DNA of 64,000 nucleotides from Pseudomonadota bacterium (GTDB lineage Bacteria; Pseudomonadota; Gammaproteobacteria; Burkholderiales; Sulfuricellaceae): NCBI GenBank assembly GCA_040752115.1, contig JBFMFB010000003.1, positions 39,266 to 103,265 of the forward strand, read 5' to 3'. Shown piece by piece: positions 10,006 to 18,349 of this stretch (position 1 is its first letter; each line of letters starts with the position of its first letter). The notes under the pieces were generated by a model. It saw only the letters and a program-made list of their open reading frames with translations, ran no database searches and was not told where the DNA came from. The position numbers and the translations under genes were made by a program.

Positions 10006-10779
10006 TCAGCCATGACCGATCAGCGCCCCGGTAAGCCAGATCGAGCCGACGCCAAGCCCGATCAGCCCCACCTGCTGCACCGTGGCGGCCAGTTCGGTGC
10101 GTTTGTGCAGGCCCGGAATCAGATCCGCCACCGCCACGTAAATCATGCTGGCCGCAGCGATGCCGAGCAGGAACGGTACCCAGCCTTGCATGGATTGCAG
10201 TGCGAAGTACGCCAGCAGGCCGCCGACCAGGGTGGCGAAACTGGACAGCAGGTTGAACAGGAACGCCTGCCTCCTGGTGTAGCCGGAATGCAGCAGGATC
10301 AGGAAATCGCCGATTTCCTGCGGAATTTCGTGGGCGATGATGGCGAGCGAGGTGATGATCCCGAGCTGCACGTCCAGCATGAACGCCGCCGCGATCAGGA
10401 TGCCGTCCACGAAATTGTGGAAGGTATCCCCCACCATGACCATCATGCCGCTGCGGCCGTGATCGGTATTCTCTTCGTGGACGCCGTGCGCCTCGCATTC
10501 GCCGCCGTGGCAGTGGCGCCACAGCACCAGCTTTTCCAGCGTGAAGAACAGCAGGATGCCGAATAGCACCGCCCCCGCGGTCTTCTGGGCGTCGCCACTC
10601 GCCTCGAAGGCATGGGGCAGTATTTCCAGGAACACCGCGCCCAGCAGCGCGCCGATAGCGTAGCTGATCAGCATCGGCACTCGCGAAGCGCGCGCCGAAA
10701 AGGCGAACAGCGCCGCCCCGGCGACGCTCAACACGCCGCCGAGGAAGCTTGCCAGAATGATCCATAGCAGGACTGACAT
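10006..10779 (-). CDS. ZIP-family divalent metal transporter
   Basis: 257 aa polytopic protein with HNFVDG and HEIPQEIGDF motifs and a His-rich loop (HCHGGECEAHGVHEENTDH). Confidence 0.85.
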   Translation of the reverse strand: MSVLLWIILASFLGGVLSVAGAALFAFSARASRVPMLISYAIGALLGAVFLEILPHAFEASGDAQKTAGAVLFGILLFFTLEKLVLWRHCHGGECEAHGVHEENTDHGRSGMMVMVGDTFHNFVDGILIAAAFMLDVQLGIITSLAIIAHEIPQEIGDFLILLHSGYTRRQAFLFNLLSSFATLVGGLLAYFALQSMQGWVPFLLGIAAASMIYVAVADLIPGLHKRTELAATVQQVGLIGLGVGSIWLTGALIGHG

Positions 10780-10826
10780 GGAGTTCGCCGCGAGGGAGGA
10801 CAGAAACCGCTATTATACGCGCCCTG

Positions 10827-11591
10827 TCAAGCGCGGCGATTTTCCAGCCAGATCAGCGTCGCCATGCGGCCGGTGGCGCCGTCGCGGCGGTAGGAAAAAA
10901 AGCGTTCAGAGTCGCTGAAGGTGCAGTACTCACCGCCCGAAATCCTTGTCACGCCGAGCGCCTTCAGGCGCTGACGCGCGAGCAGATAGATGTCCGCCAG
11001 CCATTTTTGTTGGGTGAGGGGTGAGGCGTGAGGGGTGAGGCGCAGCTTGAAAGCGCTGTTCGCCCCAGGGTCGTTGGCCAGGAAAATCTGGCGGACTTCC
11101 TCGCCCACCTCGAATGCCTGCGGGCCGATTGCCGGACCCAGCCAGGCCATGAGATCGGCGGGCTCACGGCGCATTTGCGCCACCGTCGCCTCGATCACAC
11201 CCCCCGCCAAGCCGCGCCAGCCGGCATGCGCAGCCGCCACCACGGTGCCCTGCCGGTCGCACAGCAGCACCGGCAGGCAATCCGCCGTCAGCACCGCGCA
11301 GACGGAGCCGGGCTCGCGCGCCACGGCGGCATCGGCCTCCGGAATGCCCGTGCTCGCATCGGCATCGGCAACGGCGATGCCATGCACCTGTTTCAGCCAC
11401 ACCGGTTCGGCAGGCAGGCGCTCGCGCAGAAAGGCCCGGTTTCGCGCCACCGCCGCGGGTTCGTCGCCGACGTGATCGCCCAGGTTAAGGCCCGCGTAGA
11501 TCCCGGCACTTGCTCCTCCCGCGCGCGTGGTCGTCAGGGCGCGCACGTTCGCGGGAGCATCCCAATCGGGAACGATCCAGCCGGAATTCAT
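10827..11591 (-). CDS. pgeF: Peptidoglycan editing factor PgeF (YfiH, laccase-domain protein)
   Basis: Start chosen at [10 protein letters not shown] (ATGA overlap with the rluD stop). TTRAGG, ADC.PV, HAGWRG and CT...FFSYRRD motifs. Confidence 0.9.
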   Translation of the reverse strand: MNSGWIVPDWDAPANVRALTTTRAGGASAGIYAGLNLGDHVGDEPAAVARNRAFLRERLPAEPVWLKQVHGIAVADADASTGIPEADAAVAREPGSVCAVLTADCLPVLLCDRQGTVVAAAHAGWRGLAGGVIEATVAQMRREPADLMAWLGPAIGPQAFEVGEEVRQIFLANDPGANSAFKLRLTPHASPLTQQKWLADIYLLARQRLKALGVTRISGGEYCTFSDSERFFSYRRDGATGRMATLIWLENRRA

Positions 11592-12574
11592 GGCGCTTCG
11601 CTTCGCAATGCTTCCAACAGCGCCGCCATGTCCGCCGGCAATCGCGCCTGCCATTCCATTGCTTCCCCGCTGACCGGATGCAGCAGGCCGAGGCGCTCCG
11701 CGTGCAGAGCCTGCCGCCCCAGCGCCCGGATGGCGTCACGCACTGAAGGGGGCTGTTCCGCCGGCCGGCCGCCGTAAACCGGGTCGCCCGCCAACGGATG
11801 GCCGATGGATTGCATATGCACCCGGATCTGATGCGTGCGGCCGGTTTCCAGGCTGCACTGGACCAGGCTGTGCGCGGCAAAAGATTCGCCCACGCGATAG
11901 TGCGTCACCGCAGGCTTTCCACCCGCGACCACTGCCATTCTGGTGCGCTGCACAGGATGGCGTCCGATCGGCCCTTCCACCTTGCCTTCCGGTTGCGGCG
12001 CACCCTGCACCACAGCCAGGTAGTGGCGCTTCACGCTGCGCGCCTGCAACTGCCGCACCAGATCGGTCTGCGCAGTCAGGGTCTTGGCCACCACCAGCAG
12101 GCCGGAAGTGTCCTTGTCCAGCCGGTGCACGATGCCGGCACGCGGAATGCCGGCCAGCGGCGGCGCATGATGCAGCAAGGCGTTGAGCATCGTCCCCTGC
12201 CAGTTGCCGCTGCCCGGATGGACTACCAGCCCGGCGGGTTTGTTGATCACCAGCAACGCTTCGTCCTCGTACACGATATCGAGCGCAATCTCCTCCGGCG
12301 CAAAGGCGGTTTCGTCAGGCGAAGGCGGCGGCTCGACCCTGATGCGCTCTCCGCCCCACACCGGCTGCTTGGCGGTAGCAGTTTTCCCATTGACCGTCAC
12401 CGCCCCGTCCCGAATCCAGGCTTGCAAGCGGCTGCGGGAATATTCGGGCAGCAGCCGCTGCAGCGCCTGATCGAGGCGCAGGCCGGCATAGTCCTGCGGC
12501 ACCGTCAGTTCGGCGGGCTGAAGTCGGGTGGGGTTTCGGTTATAATCGTTCAAATTTTTTGCAGGTTCCGACAT
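11588..12574 (-). CDS. rluD: 23S rRNA pseudouridine synthase D
   Basis: Start chosen at MSEPAKNL. S4 domain (GLRLDQAL...SRSRLQAWI) and catalytic [11 protein letters not shown] motif. Confidence 0.92.
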   Translation of the reverse strand: MSEPAKNLNDYNRNPTRLQPAELTVPQDYAGLRLDQALQRLLPEYSRSRLQAWIRDGAVTVNGKTATAKQPVWGGERIRVEPPPSPDETAFAPEEIALDIVYEDEALLVINKPAGLVVHPGSGNWQGTMLNALLHHAPPLAGIPRAGIVHRLDKDTSGLLVVAKTLTAQTDLVRQLQARSVKRHYLAVVQGAPQPEGKVEGPIGRHPVQRTRMAVVAGGKPAVTHYRVGESFAAHSLVQCSLETGRTHQIRVHMQSIGHPLAGDPVYGGRPAEQPPSVRDAIRALGRQALHAERLGLLHPVSGEAMEWQARLPADMAALLEALRSEAP

Positions 12575-13358
12575 GAAGCGTAGTTTAGCGTTTATCCTGG
12601 CCTTATGGCTGACCGGCTGCGGCCTGTTCCCCGAAGTGCAGGACCCGACCAAAGGCTGGTCGGCGCAGAAGCTTTACAGCGAAGCCAAGACGGAAATGGC
12701 CGACGGCAACTACGAAAAGGCCGTCAAGCTGTTCGAATCGCTGGAGGCGCGCTACCCCTACGGGCGCTACGCGCAGCAGGCTCAACTTGAGGTCGCCTAC
12801 GCCTATTTCAAGCAGGGCGAACCGGTTTCCGCCGTGGCGGCCTGCGACCGCTTCATCAAACTGCACCCCAACCATCCCAACGTGGACTATGCCTACTATC
12901 TCAAGGGGCTGGCCAACTTCAACGAAGACCTCGGCATCCTCGGTGCCATCGGCAGCCAGGACCTGACCGAGCGCGATCCCAAAGCCGCGCGCGAATCCTT
13001 CGAGTCGTTCAAGGAGCTGGTGACCCGCTTGCCCAACAGCAAATACACGCCGGATGCGCTGGCGCGGATGAAATATCTCGCCAATGCGCTCGCCTCCCAC
13101 GAAGTGCATGTGGCGCGCTATTACGTGCGCCGCGGTGCTTTTGTCGCCGCAGCCAACCGCGCCCAATACGCCCTCGAACACTACCCGCAGGCGCCGGCGA
13201 CGGAAGAAGCGCTGGCGCTGATGGTGAAATCCTACAATGCCCTCGGCATCAACGACCTGCGGGACGATGCGCTGCGCGTGCTGAACCGGAATTTCCCGAA
13301 CAGCAAATACCTCGCCGCTGCGCTGAAACCCGAAACGCCCTGGTGGAAGCTGTGGTAA
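12573..13358 (+). CDS. bamD: Outer membrane protein assembly factor BamD
   Basis: Lipoprotein signal with lipobox LTGC. TPR-like body ([20 protein letters not shown]). Confidence 0.93.
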   Translation: MKRSLAFILALWLTGCGLFPEVQDPTKGWSAQKLYSEAKTEMADGNYEKAVKLFESLEARYPYGRYAQQAQLEVAYAYFKQGEPVSAVAACDRFIKLHPNHPNVDYAYYLKGLANFNEDLGILGAIGSQDLTERDPKAARESFESFKELVTRLPNSKYTPDALARMKYLANALASHEVHVARYYVRRGAFVAAANRAQYALEHYPQAPATEEALALMVKSYNALGINDLRDDALRVLNRNFPNSKYLAAALKPETPWWKLW

Positions 13359-13394
13359 GCGGGGACGCAGGCCCCTTCCCCATCCTGCCGAAAT

Positions 13395-13422
13395 AGAAAG
13401 GGAGCCGCACGGCTCCCTTTCT
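13395..13422. terminator. Bidirectional intrinsic terminator hairpin
   Basis: AGAAAGGGAGCC-GCAC-GGCTCCCTTTCT is a 12-bp perfect stem with T-rich trailing sequence on both strands. Lies between convergent bamD and the nos operon tail. Confidence 0.7.
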
Positions 13423-13605
13423 AACTATTAAGCCGGCCCTCAAATACACTGCTACATTCTTTGGGCGGCCGAAAACCTTTGTTCCGTACCGAATAGGGCG
13501 GGCCGTGCCCGCCGCAAAGCTGGCGGCCGCGGGCCGCCCTATGCCGCAACACAACCGGCGCGTGTGTGCGGACAGGTATTTTCGGGCCGCCTTAATAATC
13601 CCGAA
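13423..13605. repeat. GC-rich structured repeat cluster bounded by an imperfect 23-nt inverted repeat
   Basis: CTATTAAGCCGGCCCTCAAATAC versus the reverse complement of GTATTTTCGGGCCGCCTTAATAA (19/23 match). Internal ATAGGGCGG...CCGCCCTAT and GGCGGGC-CGT-GCCCGCC hairpins. Confidence 0.5.
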
Positions 13606-13613
13606 AAACTGGC

Positions 13614-14129
13614 CTAGTGATGCATCGGATGCCGCAGCGTCTGAAGCGTTTCCGGGCTGACCTGCCCGAAGGGAACCGCCTGTCCGCCATGCTCCTTGGC
13701 AAACCGTTCGGCATCCTGGCTGCTCTTGAATGCGGGCATGTCGGCACCCATCGGCCCGTTGGTGTCTGACCCGACCACCAGAACGGCCTGTTCCGCCTTG
13801 ACCCAGCCGCTGCCGTTGTAATCGCTCAGGTAAATCTGGGCAATATCGGCCGCGCTATGCTCCTTGTCGAATTTCGCCATGTCGAAGCGAAACCGGAACA
13901 GCTCGGCGGGCGATTCGAAAGCGGACATTTTGTTGTCCTTGAAAATGATCTGCCCCTGCCAGCGGGGATAGCGTGCCGGATACATGCCGCATACGGGGCA
14001 GCGCTGCTGCTTGCTTACCGTCTGCGGAGGATAGGTCTCGGCCGCATTCGCGGGCGCTACCGGCACGGCAGCCAGCGTGAAAAAGAGCGCGGCGGCCGCG
14101 CCGCCGATCATGTTCTGCCAATATCGCAT
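13614..14129 (-). CDS. NosL-family copper chaperone paralog, Sec-exported and not a lipoprotein
   Basis: Start chosen at MRYWQN (AAAGGAA upstream). Signal peptide ends ANA|AE. CPVCGM motif. C-terminal HPMHH tail. Confidence 0.8.
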   Translation of the reverse strand: MRYWQNMIGGAAAALFFTLAAVPVAPANAAETYPPQTVSKQQRCPVCGMYPARYPRWQGQIIFKDNKMSAFESPAELFRFRFDMAKFDKEHSAADIAQIYLSDYNGSGWVKAEQAVLVVGSDTNGPMGADMPAFKSSQDAERFAKEHGGQAVPFGQVSPETLQTLRHPMHH

Positions 14130-14146
14130 CGTCGGGTTCCTTTCTG

Positions 14147-14500
14147 TCAAGCGGTTAAGCAAGGGTCTTTCCGGATCGCGTCCACCAGGCTGCGAACATT
14201 ATCCCACGGGTCCCTTCCGGGCTTTGTAATGCGATCTTCACGCACCTTGCCGTCAAGATCGTGGAAGTGATTGGGAAACGAGGCCAGCCCCTCATGCATG
14301 GGTGCGGTATCCACCCGCATCAGTGCGCTTCCCCACAGCCATGCAATGGAATATTCGTCGGGGTTCGGATAACGCAGTTCCAGCTGAACGCCGTCATCAA
14401 ACGTCACCAGCAGGGCATCCTGCTTCAGAACCGCATCGCCGGAAAGCTGCCCGGCATAGTGGGCTTCGATTTTATCCTTGAGTTCCAGGTGCAGATTCAT
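14147..14500 (-). CDS. Hypothetical 117-aa protein with DUF6516/TumE-like core, embedded in the nos operon
   Basis: ATG overlaps the upstream stop (ATGA), with GGAGG upstream. Segment YSIAWLWG..MRVDTAPMHEGLASFPNHFHDLDGKV resembles the remembered DUF6516 core. Confidence 0.6.
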   Translation of the reverse strand: MNLHLELKDKIEAHYAGQLSGDAVLKQDALLVTFDDGVQLELRYPNPDEYSIAWLWGSALMRVDTAPMHEGLASFPNHFHDLDGKVREDRITKPGRDPWDNVRSLVDAIRKDPCLTA

Positions 14501-14772
14501 ATGGTCTTGTTAACCTCCAGCAGATGTTCTTTCAGGCCCGCTCGGATATTCTCGTAGCCTTCGCGAAGGAGCTTTGCGCTCAGATAATCTTCATAGGCCG
14601 GATGCTCTGCCACCGTGCCGGAGGCGATTTTTTCCTTCAGCTCCACTTCGCTTTCGACCTGATATTTCTCCAGCAGCTGCTTGCGGTTTTCCCTCATTTC
14701 GAAAGCCGCCTTTGCCACCCGGTCAATTTCGTTAGCCTGGTCGGGGTTCATTCCCGCGAAAAAAAGCTTCAT
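14497..14772 (-). CDS. Hypothetical 91-aa Lys/Glu-rich, probably helical protein, embedded in the nos operon
   Basis: Start chosen at MKLFFAGMNPDQ, 16 nt after the nosL stop, with GAGGAG in the spacer. No family recognised. Confidence 0.55.
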   Translation of the reverse strand: MKLFFAGMNPDQANEIDRVAKAAFEMRENRKQLLEKYQVESEVELKEKIASGTVAEHPAYEDYLSAKLLREGYENIRAGLKEHLLEVNKTI

Positions 14773-14788
14773 CCCGTCATCTCCTCGA

Positions 14789-15307
14789 TTACATCCGTTC
14801 GTCGCGCAGCACGCCGCCATCGAGCGTCACCATGTTCACGGTGATCTCGTTGAAGCGCAGCACCTTGCCGCCATTTTTCCTGGCAAAAGCCTCCGCGTCT
14901 TCCTGCCGTGCAAAAGTTGCCAGCGTCGGCCCCATGCTTCCCAGCACCTTGCTTCCCTGCACATAAAAAGCCGTCTTGGCGTCGATCCAGTTGCCGCGCG
15001 GCGCTTGCCAATCGGCCTTGCCCATGTCCTGGGTGAAGATGCCCCTGACCCGCTTCTGCTGCTCCGGCCGCAGATAGATGGACATCATTTCCATGGTGTC
15101 GCAGAAAAAATCCACCTCGCCCTTGTCGTACACGATCTGCCCCTTGGGCCCGGGGTAATCCAACAGCAGCATGCCGTCCAGCGCACAGGCCGTTTCACGG
15201 GTGGGTTCGATCGCCTGCGCCGGCGCCTCCTCCTTGGCGCACGCCGTCAGAACTATCAGCAGAAAAGCTGCCGCCGGCAGCCTGAAAAAACCGATATCCA
15301 GCCTCAT
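14789..15307 (-). CDS. nosL: Nitrous-oxide reductase accessory lipoprotein NosL
   Basis: Last 172 codons of track ORF 14789..16057. MRLDIGFF... with lipobox LTAC. CALDGM..LDYPGPKGQ..FFC core. The ATG shares 1 nt with the nosY stop (TAATG). Confidence 0.88.
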   Translation of the reverse strand: MRLDIGFFRLPAAAFLLIVLTACAKEEAPAQAIEPTRETACALDGMLLLDYPGPKGQIVYDKGEVDFFCDTMEMMSIYLRPEQQKRVRGIFTQDMGKADWQAPRGNWIDAKTAFYVQGSKVLGSMGPTLATFARQEDAEAFARKNGGKVLRFNEITVNMVTLDGGVLRDERM

Positions 15308-16134
15308 TATTTGAATCTCCATGCCGCAAAACCAAGCGGCGCAACAATCCAGAACACCATAATGCTCCCCAGCAGCCAGGGATTGGAGAGGCTCTCCGGG
15401 AATACGGTCGCCAGGCCGTACAAAGTTTTGACCTCTTCCATGCTGAAGATGTTGAGTATCCTGAAAATGTCGGCGGGATTGAGCAGCAGCAGGTAGGGGT
15501 AAACATCCCCGCCCATCTTGCCTCCGGTCGCCACCAGCGCGCCGAGCAGCAGCAGGTCGAACACCAGCACGTAAAAGAACCACAGACCGATGGCGGCACC
15601 GCTGGCCCGCGTGCGGTCGGACGCGATGACCGACACCATCACCGCCATGCTCAGGAACGTCATGCCCATGAGTACGGCAGAGAACACGAAGCCTGTGTAA
15701 TGGAGCAGCGCGTCCAGGTTGATGTAATAGGCAAGCATGATGCCGGCAGCGCCGAATCCGGCCAGGGTGGAGAAGGCGAGCGCGGCGGACAGGCCGAAAA
15801 ATTTTCCCATCAGGAGCTCGAATCTCGTGATCGGCATGGACAGCAATAGATCCAGCGATCCGCGCTCCCGTTCCCCGACGATCGCATCGTAGCCCAGAAT
15901 CAGCGCGATCAGCGGAACGAGATAAATGACCAGGCTGACCAGGCTGGCGATGGTCACCTCGATTCCGCGGAAACCGACCGCGCCCTGCTGGGCCGCGCCG
16001 AAGTAAGAAATCAACAGGGCAAATACCGCGAATACGACCGCAATGGCAACCACCCACCGGTTGCGGATGCGATCCCAGAACTCCTTGGCGGCGATCACGC
16101 GAATCTGTTTTGCTTCAATGCCTGCAATCATCAC
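15307..16134 (-). CDS. nosY: ABC-2 type permease NosY
   Basis: 275 aa with six hydrophobic segments. ATGA overlap with the nosF stop. Position inside the nosDFYL set. Confidence 0.88.
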   Translation of the reverse strand: MMIAGIEAKQIRVIAAKEFWDRIRNRWVVAIAVVFAVFALLISYFGAAQQGAVGFRGIEVTIASLVSLVIYLVPLIALILGYDAIVGERERGSLDLLLSMPITRFELLMGKFFGLSAALAFSTLAGFGAAGIMLAYYINLDALLHYTGFVFSAVLMGMTFLSMAVMVSVIASDRTRASGAAIGLWFFYVLVFDLLLLGALVATGGKMGGDVYPYLLLLNPADIFRILNIFSMEEVKTLYGLATVFPESLSNPWLLGSIMVFWIVAPLGFAAWRFK

Positions 16135-17084
16135 GCTTCAGCCTTGTCAGTTGCGCACATCAGATCGCTCTCTTTGGCGTATCCCAACAGGAACACGTCT
16201 TCCAACGAGGGCTCCTTGATCTGGATGTCGGCGATGTCGGCCATCAACGGCGTCAGCGCCGCCATAAAAGCCATTTTGCGCTCCCGCCCCAGATCGAACC
16301 TGATTTGATCTTTGTCCACCGTCGTCTCCGAAACGCCGCAGCGAGCCATGCCCTCCTGCACTGACTGAAGGGCGCCGTGCCTGGCGCGAACGACGAAATG
16401 CAGCGGCAGGTCCACCATTTCGCGCAGCGATTGCACCGTGCCCATGGCCTGGATATTGCCCGATTTGATCATTGCAATTCTGTCCACCCGTTCCTGAATC
16501 TCGGCGAGGATATGCGAGGTCAGGATCATCGTCACGCCTTGCGCCCGCATTTCCTGGAGAATGCAGTAAAACTCGCGGATGCCTTCAGGGTCGAGGCCGG
16601 TAGTCGGCTCGTCCAGAAACATGATGGCGGGGCTCCCCAGCAGCGCTTGGGCGAATCCGAGCCGTTGCCGCATGCCTTTGGAATAGCCGCGCACCCGGCG
16701 GTTCGCGGCATGGGTAAGGCCGACCTTATCCAGCACAGTCTTGCATTCGCTCCTGTCCACCCCCTTCAGATCAGCGAAAAACCAGAGCGTTTCCATGCCG
16801 GTCAGGTTGTCGTAGAAAACCACGTTTTCCGGCAGATAGCCGACGCCTCGGCGCACCTGGCGAAACGCCTCGCCCCGCACCGGCTTCCCGCTGATGTGGA
16901 TCTCCCCCGAGGTGAGCGGCATGAGCCCCAGCATCAGCTTGAACAGCGTGCTCTTGCCTGCGCCGTTGTGGCCGATCAATCCGAAAATTTCGCCTTCCTC
17001 GACCGTCAGGCTGACGCCGTCCACGGCACGAATTTCGCCGAAAAATTTGCTGACGTTCCGGACTTCAATCACGCTGTGTGCCAA
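16131..17084 (-). CDS. nosF: ABC transporter ATPase NosF
   Basis: Walker A GHNGAGKST, signature YSKGMRQRL, Walker B IMFLDEP. Confidence 0.9.
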   Translation of the reverse strand: MAHSVIEVRNVSKFFGEIRAVDGVSLTVEEGEIFGLIGHNGAGKSTLFKLMLGLMPLTSGEIHISGKPVRGEAFRQVRRGVGYLPENVVFYDNLTGMETLWFFADLKGVDRSECKTVLDKVGLTHAANRRVRGYSKGMRQRLGFAQALLGSPAIMFLDEPTTGLDPEGIREFYCILQEMRAQGVTMILTSHILAEIQERVDRIAMIKSGNIQAMGTVQSLREMVDLPLHFVVRARHGALQSVQEGMARCGVSETTVDKDQIRFDLGRERKMAFMAALTPLMADIADIQIKEPSLEDVFLLGYAKESDLMCATDKAEA

Positions 17085-18324
17085 TCCACTTGCTCCAATC
17101 GCTGTGAAACGGTTGCATTCTGGGGTGGGGATCCACCACGCTGGTCGCGCGCAGCAGCGGAAACTGCCGGGCCACCATGCGCAGCGTCTGCACTGCGGGG
17201 CTGTTGAGCAACAGCTTCATGAAAGGATGCCGCCAGATCAAACGATCCACCACGTCGCTCGCCTCGTAGGGAAAGTCGCCGATGCCGTCACCGTCGCGAT
17301 CCCAGCCCTGGTAGTTGCTCCAATGGTTGCCGATCTTCACGCCCCAGTATTCGTCCTTGGTCGCCACGAACTTGATCTGATCGCGATTCTGGATAAAATC
17401 GTTGCCTTCCACCACATTGCGCACCGACCCGGCCCAGAGGTGCACGCCGACGCGGTTGCCGATGACCAGATTGTTCTTGAGGGTGTTGTACTCCGCATCG
17501 TAGATGAAGAAACCGCGCCCGTTCCCCGCCACCACATTGCCATCGATCACCGAATCCTGGATGGTGCGCAGCATGATGCCGTGATCGGAATTGCCCCACG
17601 CCTTGTTGTTCCGCACCATCTGGTTTTTCACTTCCATCAGCGCGAGCCCGCCCCGATTCAGATAGGACTCGTTGCCCTCCCATATGTTGTAGTAGGAGTT
17701 CATGTAATGCGTACCGTAACGCAGATGGTGGATTTTGTTGTTGCGAAACAGGGCCTGGTGCGACACGTCGACATAAATGCCGTCGCGCGCGAAACTGATG
17801 TTGTTGCCGATGATCTGCGCGCCGGTCGTGTTGTACAGCTGAATCCCGTTGCCGCGCTGGGCGGAGGAGAAATCGCGTTTGCCGGTAATGATGTTGTTGA
17901 TCACCTGGATGTCGTTCGACTTCACCAGCCACAAACCGAACAGGTTATAGATGAGGTCGTTATTGCGAATGATCGCGCGATCAGAGCCCGGCTCCAGGTA
18001 AATCCCGGCATTTTCCGCCCCCAGATCCGGCCCGCTGTCGCGGATGATAAGCCCTTCGATGACCACATCCGGCGCCTTGACACGAATCACGTCGCCGCTA
18101 TTCGCGCCGCTGAGGGTGGGGCGGTTGATGCCTTTCAACGTCAGCGGTTTATCGATGACGATGTGATCCGTGTAATCGCCGCGCTCGACCTTGACCGTGT
18201 CGCCTTTTTTAGCCGCGCGAACGGCAGCAGAGATGGATTCCCCCGGCCGCACCGTCCATTCGGCCGCATATGATGAATTCACTGCGGCAGCCAGCACGAA
18301 CAGAAACAACGGCACTCGCTTCAA
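17065..18324 (-). CDS. nosD: Periplasmic parallel beta-helix protein NosD
   Basis: TTG start preceded by AGGAG. Signal peptide. Repeated N.I.GN / GI beta-helix turns. Overlaps nosF by 20 nt. Confidence 0.9.
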   Translation of the reverse strand: MKRVPLFLFVLAAAVNSSYAAEWTVRPGESISAAVRAAKKGDTVKVERGDYTDHIVIDKPLTLKGINRPTLSGANSGDVIRVKAPDVVIEGLIIRDSGPDLGAENAGIYLEPGSDRAIIRNNDLIYNLFGLWLVKSNDIQVINNIITGKRDFSSAQRGNGIQLYNTTGAQIIGNNISFARDGIYVDVSHQALFRNNKIHHLRYGTHYMNSYYNIWEGNESYLNRGGLALMEVKNQMVRNNKAWGNSDHGIMLRTIQDSVIDGNVVAGNGRGFFIYDAEYNTLKNNLVIGNRVGVHLWAGSVRNVVEGNDFIQNRDQIKFVATKDEYWGVKIGNHWSNYQGWDRDGDGIGDFPYEASDVVDRLIWRHPFMKLLLNSPAVQTLRMVARQFPLLRATSVVDPHPRMQPFHSDWSKWIGTQRD

Positions 18325-18349
18325 CGATCGCTCCTGCTGTTATGATAAT

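Noticed and set aside
15308-16057. N-terminal 250 codons of track ORF 14789..16057
   Set aside because: This part overlaps nosY in another frame and is Arg/Gly/Pro-rich. Only the last 172 codons (MRLDIGFF..., lipobox LTAC) form a coherent NosL. The ATG at 15307 abuts the nosY stop.
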